From: Cenococcum geophilum
Taxonomy: Eukaryota
Direction of reading: 5' to 3'
Assembly: GCA_050273025.1 (NCBI GenBank)
Contig: CP158635.1
Location: 23,932,001-23,996,000 of the forward strand
DNA: 64,000 nucleotides
In this document: one piece after another, positions 62,112 to 64,000 of the stretch
How the letters are laid out: every line of letters starts with the position of its first letter
How positions within the stretch are numbered: position 1 is the first letter of the stretch
The notes under the pieces: model-generated
What the model was told of the DNA's origin: nothing
What the model saw: the letters and a program-made list of their open reading frames with translations, nothing else
Databases searched by the model: none
Program-made: the position numbers and the translations under genes

Positions 62112-62480
62112 ATGCCTCCCTCATCTACCAACGTAATTGAAGACGACGATACATCCTCCTCTGCCACTCCTGAGCTCGACCCTGATCGGTTTACCCACTC
62201 TGGCGGCGACGACAACGCGTCGAGCAACTCTACACCAAATACACCAACTGTAACCACTCGTAAAAGACGCCAGTTAGCTGACCGCATATCACTAGGGAGT
62301 AGCAATATTAAACGTATGGAGTGCTCAAAGAGCCGGCTACTAAATAATAACACCACCAGAGGTAGGCTTATGGCGACGAATGTAGTACAAGAGGCTTCGG
62401 AGGCCTTGGTAGAATCTAGAGAGCAGTCACGAGAGAGCAGCTATTTTGAAGCTCTACCAGAGCCCGGGGGCGTACGGAGC
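62112..62480 (+). pseudogene. Truncated low-complexity ORF at the edge of an AT-rich region, probably a TE-derived 5' fragment
   Basis: MPPSSTNVIEDDD...TRKRRQ (NLS-like) runs into ATATTCA/ATATTAA-type repeats and RIP-like DNA after about 62510. No recognisable domain. Confidence 0.3.
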
Positions 62481-64000
62481 CCGCTTTTAATTAACACACC
62501 ATGCCAAGACTGTACCATATTCAATATTCAATATTAATATTAGTACGGCCTTATACTAATATTAAATATTAATAAGACCACTAGCCTTTTTAAGCAGAAC
62601 CAAAAACTAGCTAATGAATTTTTTGCATAATAATATGAATAGCTGTAAGCACCCCAGGTTACTGCTAGCCGAAAAGGGGATTAAAGCTTTAAATCGAAAC
62701 TCTGAAGAAATTGAAGGTAAATAGGAGTGGTAAAAATCCGCTTTATCCAAAACTTCCACACGAACCTCCTAATTCCCTTTCCATTTCCTTTTCCCTTAGA
62801 AATACTTCATGCATATCTGGACGACTGCCTTTACTTTTGTTGAAATATGCAATTTAAATTCTAAGTAACACCTTTAGGAGGAGAAGGAACTGTTGTCGGC
62901 CTGGTATTCGATCACTACTACATCAAGCTTAGTTTAGGGGCGCCTTTGACCCACCCAATTTATATATTTAATGAGGCTCTAGAGCCTCTTGCAATAGACC
63001 AAAGTTCCCATCCTTGATCGTCCTGTTCGACAACTATGTCACTATAGGACAATTTTTAGCAGGTCTAAGCCAGTTTAAAACTTCAAGTTTAGTACACAGA
63101 AGGAATATAATTAGCTTTACTCCATGTTTTGGGTCATCTGAGCAGTATTATACTCGTCTAATTTATATATATGTGAAAAGCAGAGATAAGAAGCCGGACA
63201 GGATCCGCACAGTAACTCTTGGCAGTAACTTTACTGTCCAAATCTTTTGCCAAGTTCAATTCTGCCAGTGTAAAATTAGTGGCTTAGAGCTTGTTTTTAG
63301 TGTTATAGATCTTAATCTTAAGGCCGTATATTAATTAATTAGCGTAGAGCCACTGCATTATAATTAAGCCATACTTAAATTATAATCTGCACCTGCATCG
63401 TAATCCTTAGCGTAGTGTTATATATAAAAACATTTAATTATAAGGTTTAGGAAGGGGTTATAATTTAATTAAATTGTAGATATTATAATACAAAGTCTCC
63501 GTAGTATAGTGGTACGGTAAGTTCTATAATTACTTTAATTTAATTTAGAGCTAGCCTAATATAATTATACTACTTTTCCTAAAGTTTTTAAATAGCCTAT
63601 TAGGTTATAATATAGATGTATAGGTCTAATATAACTTAGGGCGTTAAAAATAAGATAAGAATAATATAATTAATTTAAAGCCTTGTTAATACGTGATTTA
63701 ATAGATTTTTTTTTTTAAATACGCTACTAATAGGAACTAAACCCGCAACCTTCTACTACCTAATTAGGCTAAGGGCCTTAGCGGTAATATAATAAGGCTT
63801 ACAAGGCTCTGTGGCGATATAACTTAGAATCTTGTTATTGGGGAAGACGTAGTCGGATTTAGAGGTTCCTATCCCCCGTTTTAGGAGGCAGTTTCTCCTC
63901 GCTTAGGCCTATATCTGTCGCCGCTTTTACGGAGGTGCGTTTCAAAAGTCTTTGCCGCCAAGAAAATTGACCACCTTGGCTCACCGCCTTCCAAATCTAG

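Overview
Filamentous ascomycete (Pezizomycotina) genomic DNA made of two short GC-balanced gene islands set among AT-rich transposon relics with a strong RIP-type signature (CpA>TpA, TpG>TpA, most TE frames broken by TAA/TAG). Island 1 (about 6.5-12.1 kb) holds a flavin monooxygenase and the DHHC palmitoyltransferase PFA3. Island 2 (about 53.5-61.8 kb) holds a GT25 glycosyltransferase, an intronless APH-type kinase-like ORF, and a 22-codon CAAX-ending ORF (MSPIAEAQLEATPINGYGCTVM, 57077-57145, minus strand) that the ORF track misses and that looks like an a-factor-type mating pheromone precursor. The whole 41.4-kb repeat block between the islands (12094-53495) is bounded by 22-bp terminal inverted repeats and an exact 9-bp target-site duplication (TGGACGCAG). 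Removing the nested insertions leaves a roughly 4-kb element with a RecQ-like helicase pseudogene that rejoins in frame, resembling an AcademH-type element, though no transposase is visible. Nested in it are a head-to-tail Crypton dimer, three Ty3/Gypsy elements, a solo LTR, a Tad1-type LINE, two pogo/Fot1 transposons and five MITEs. Four of the TA-targeting elements are stacked on one TA dinucleotide. All calls come from manual reading, translation and RIP back-correction, and no database search was run.
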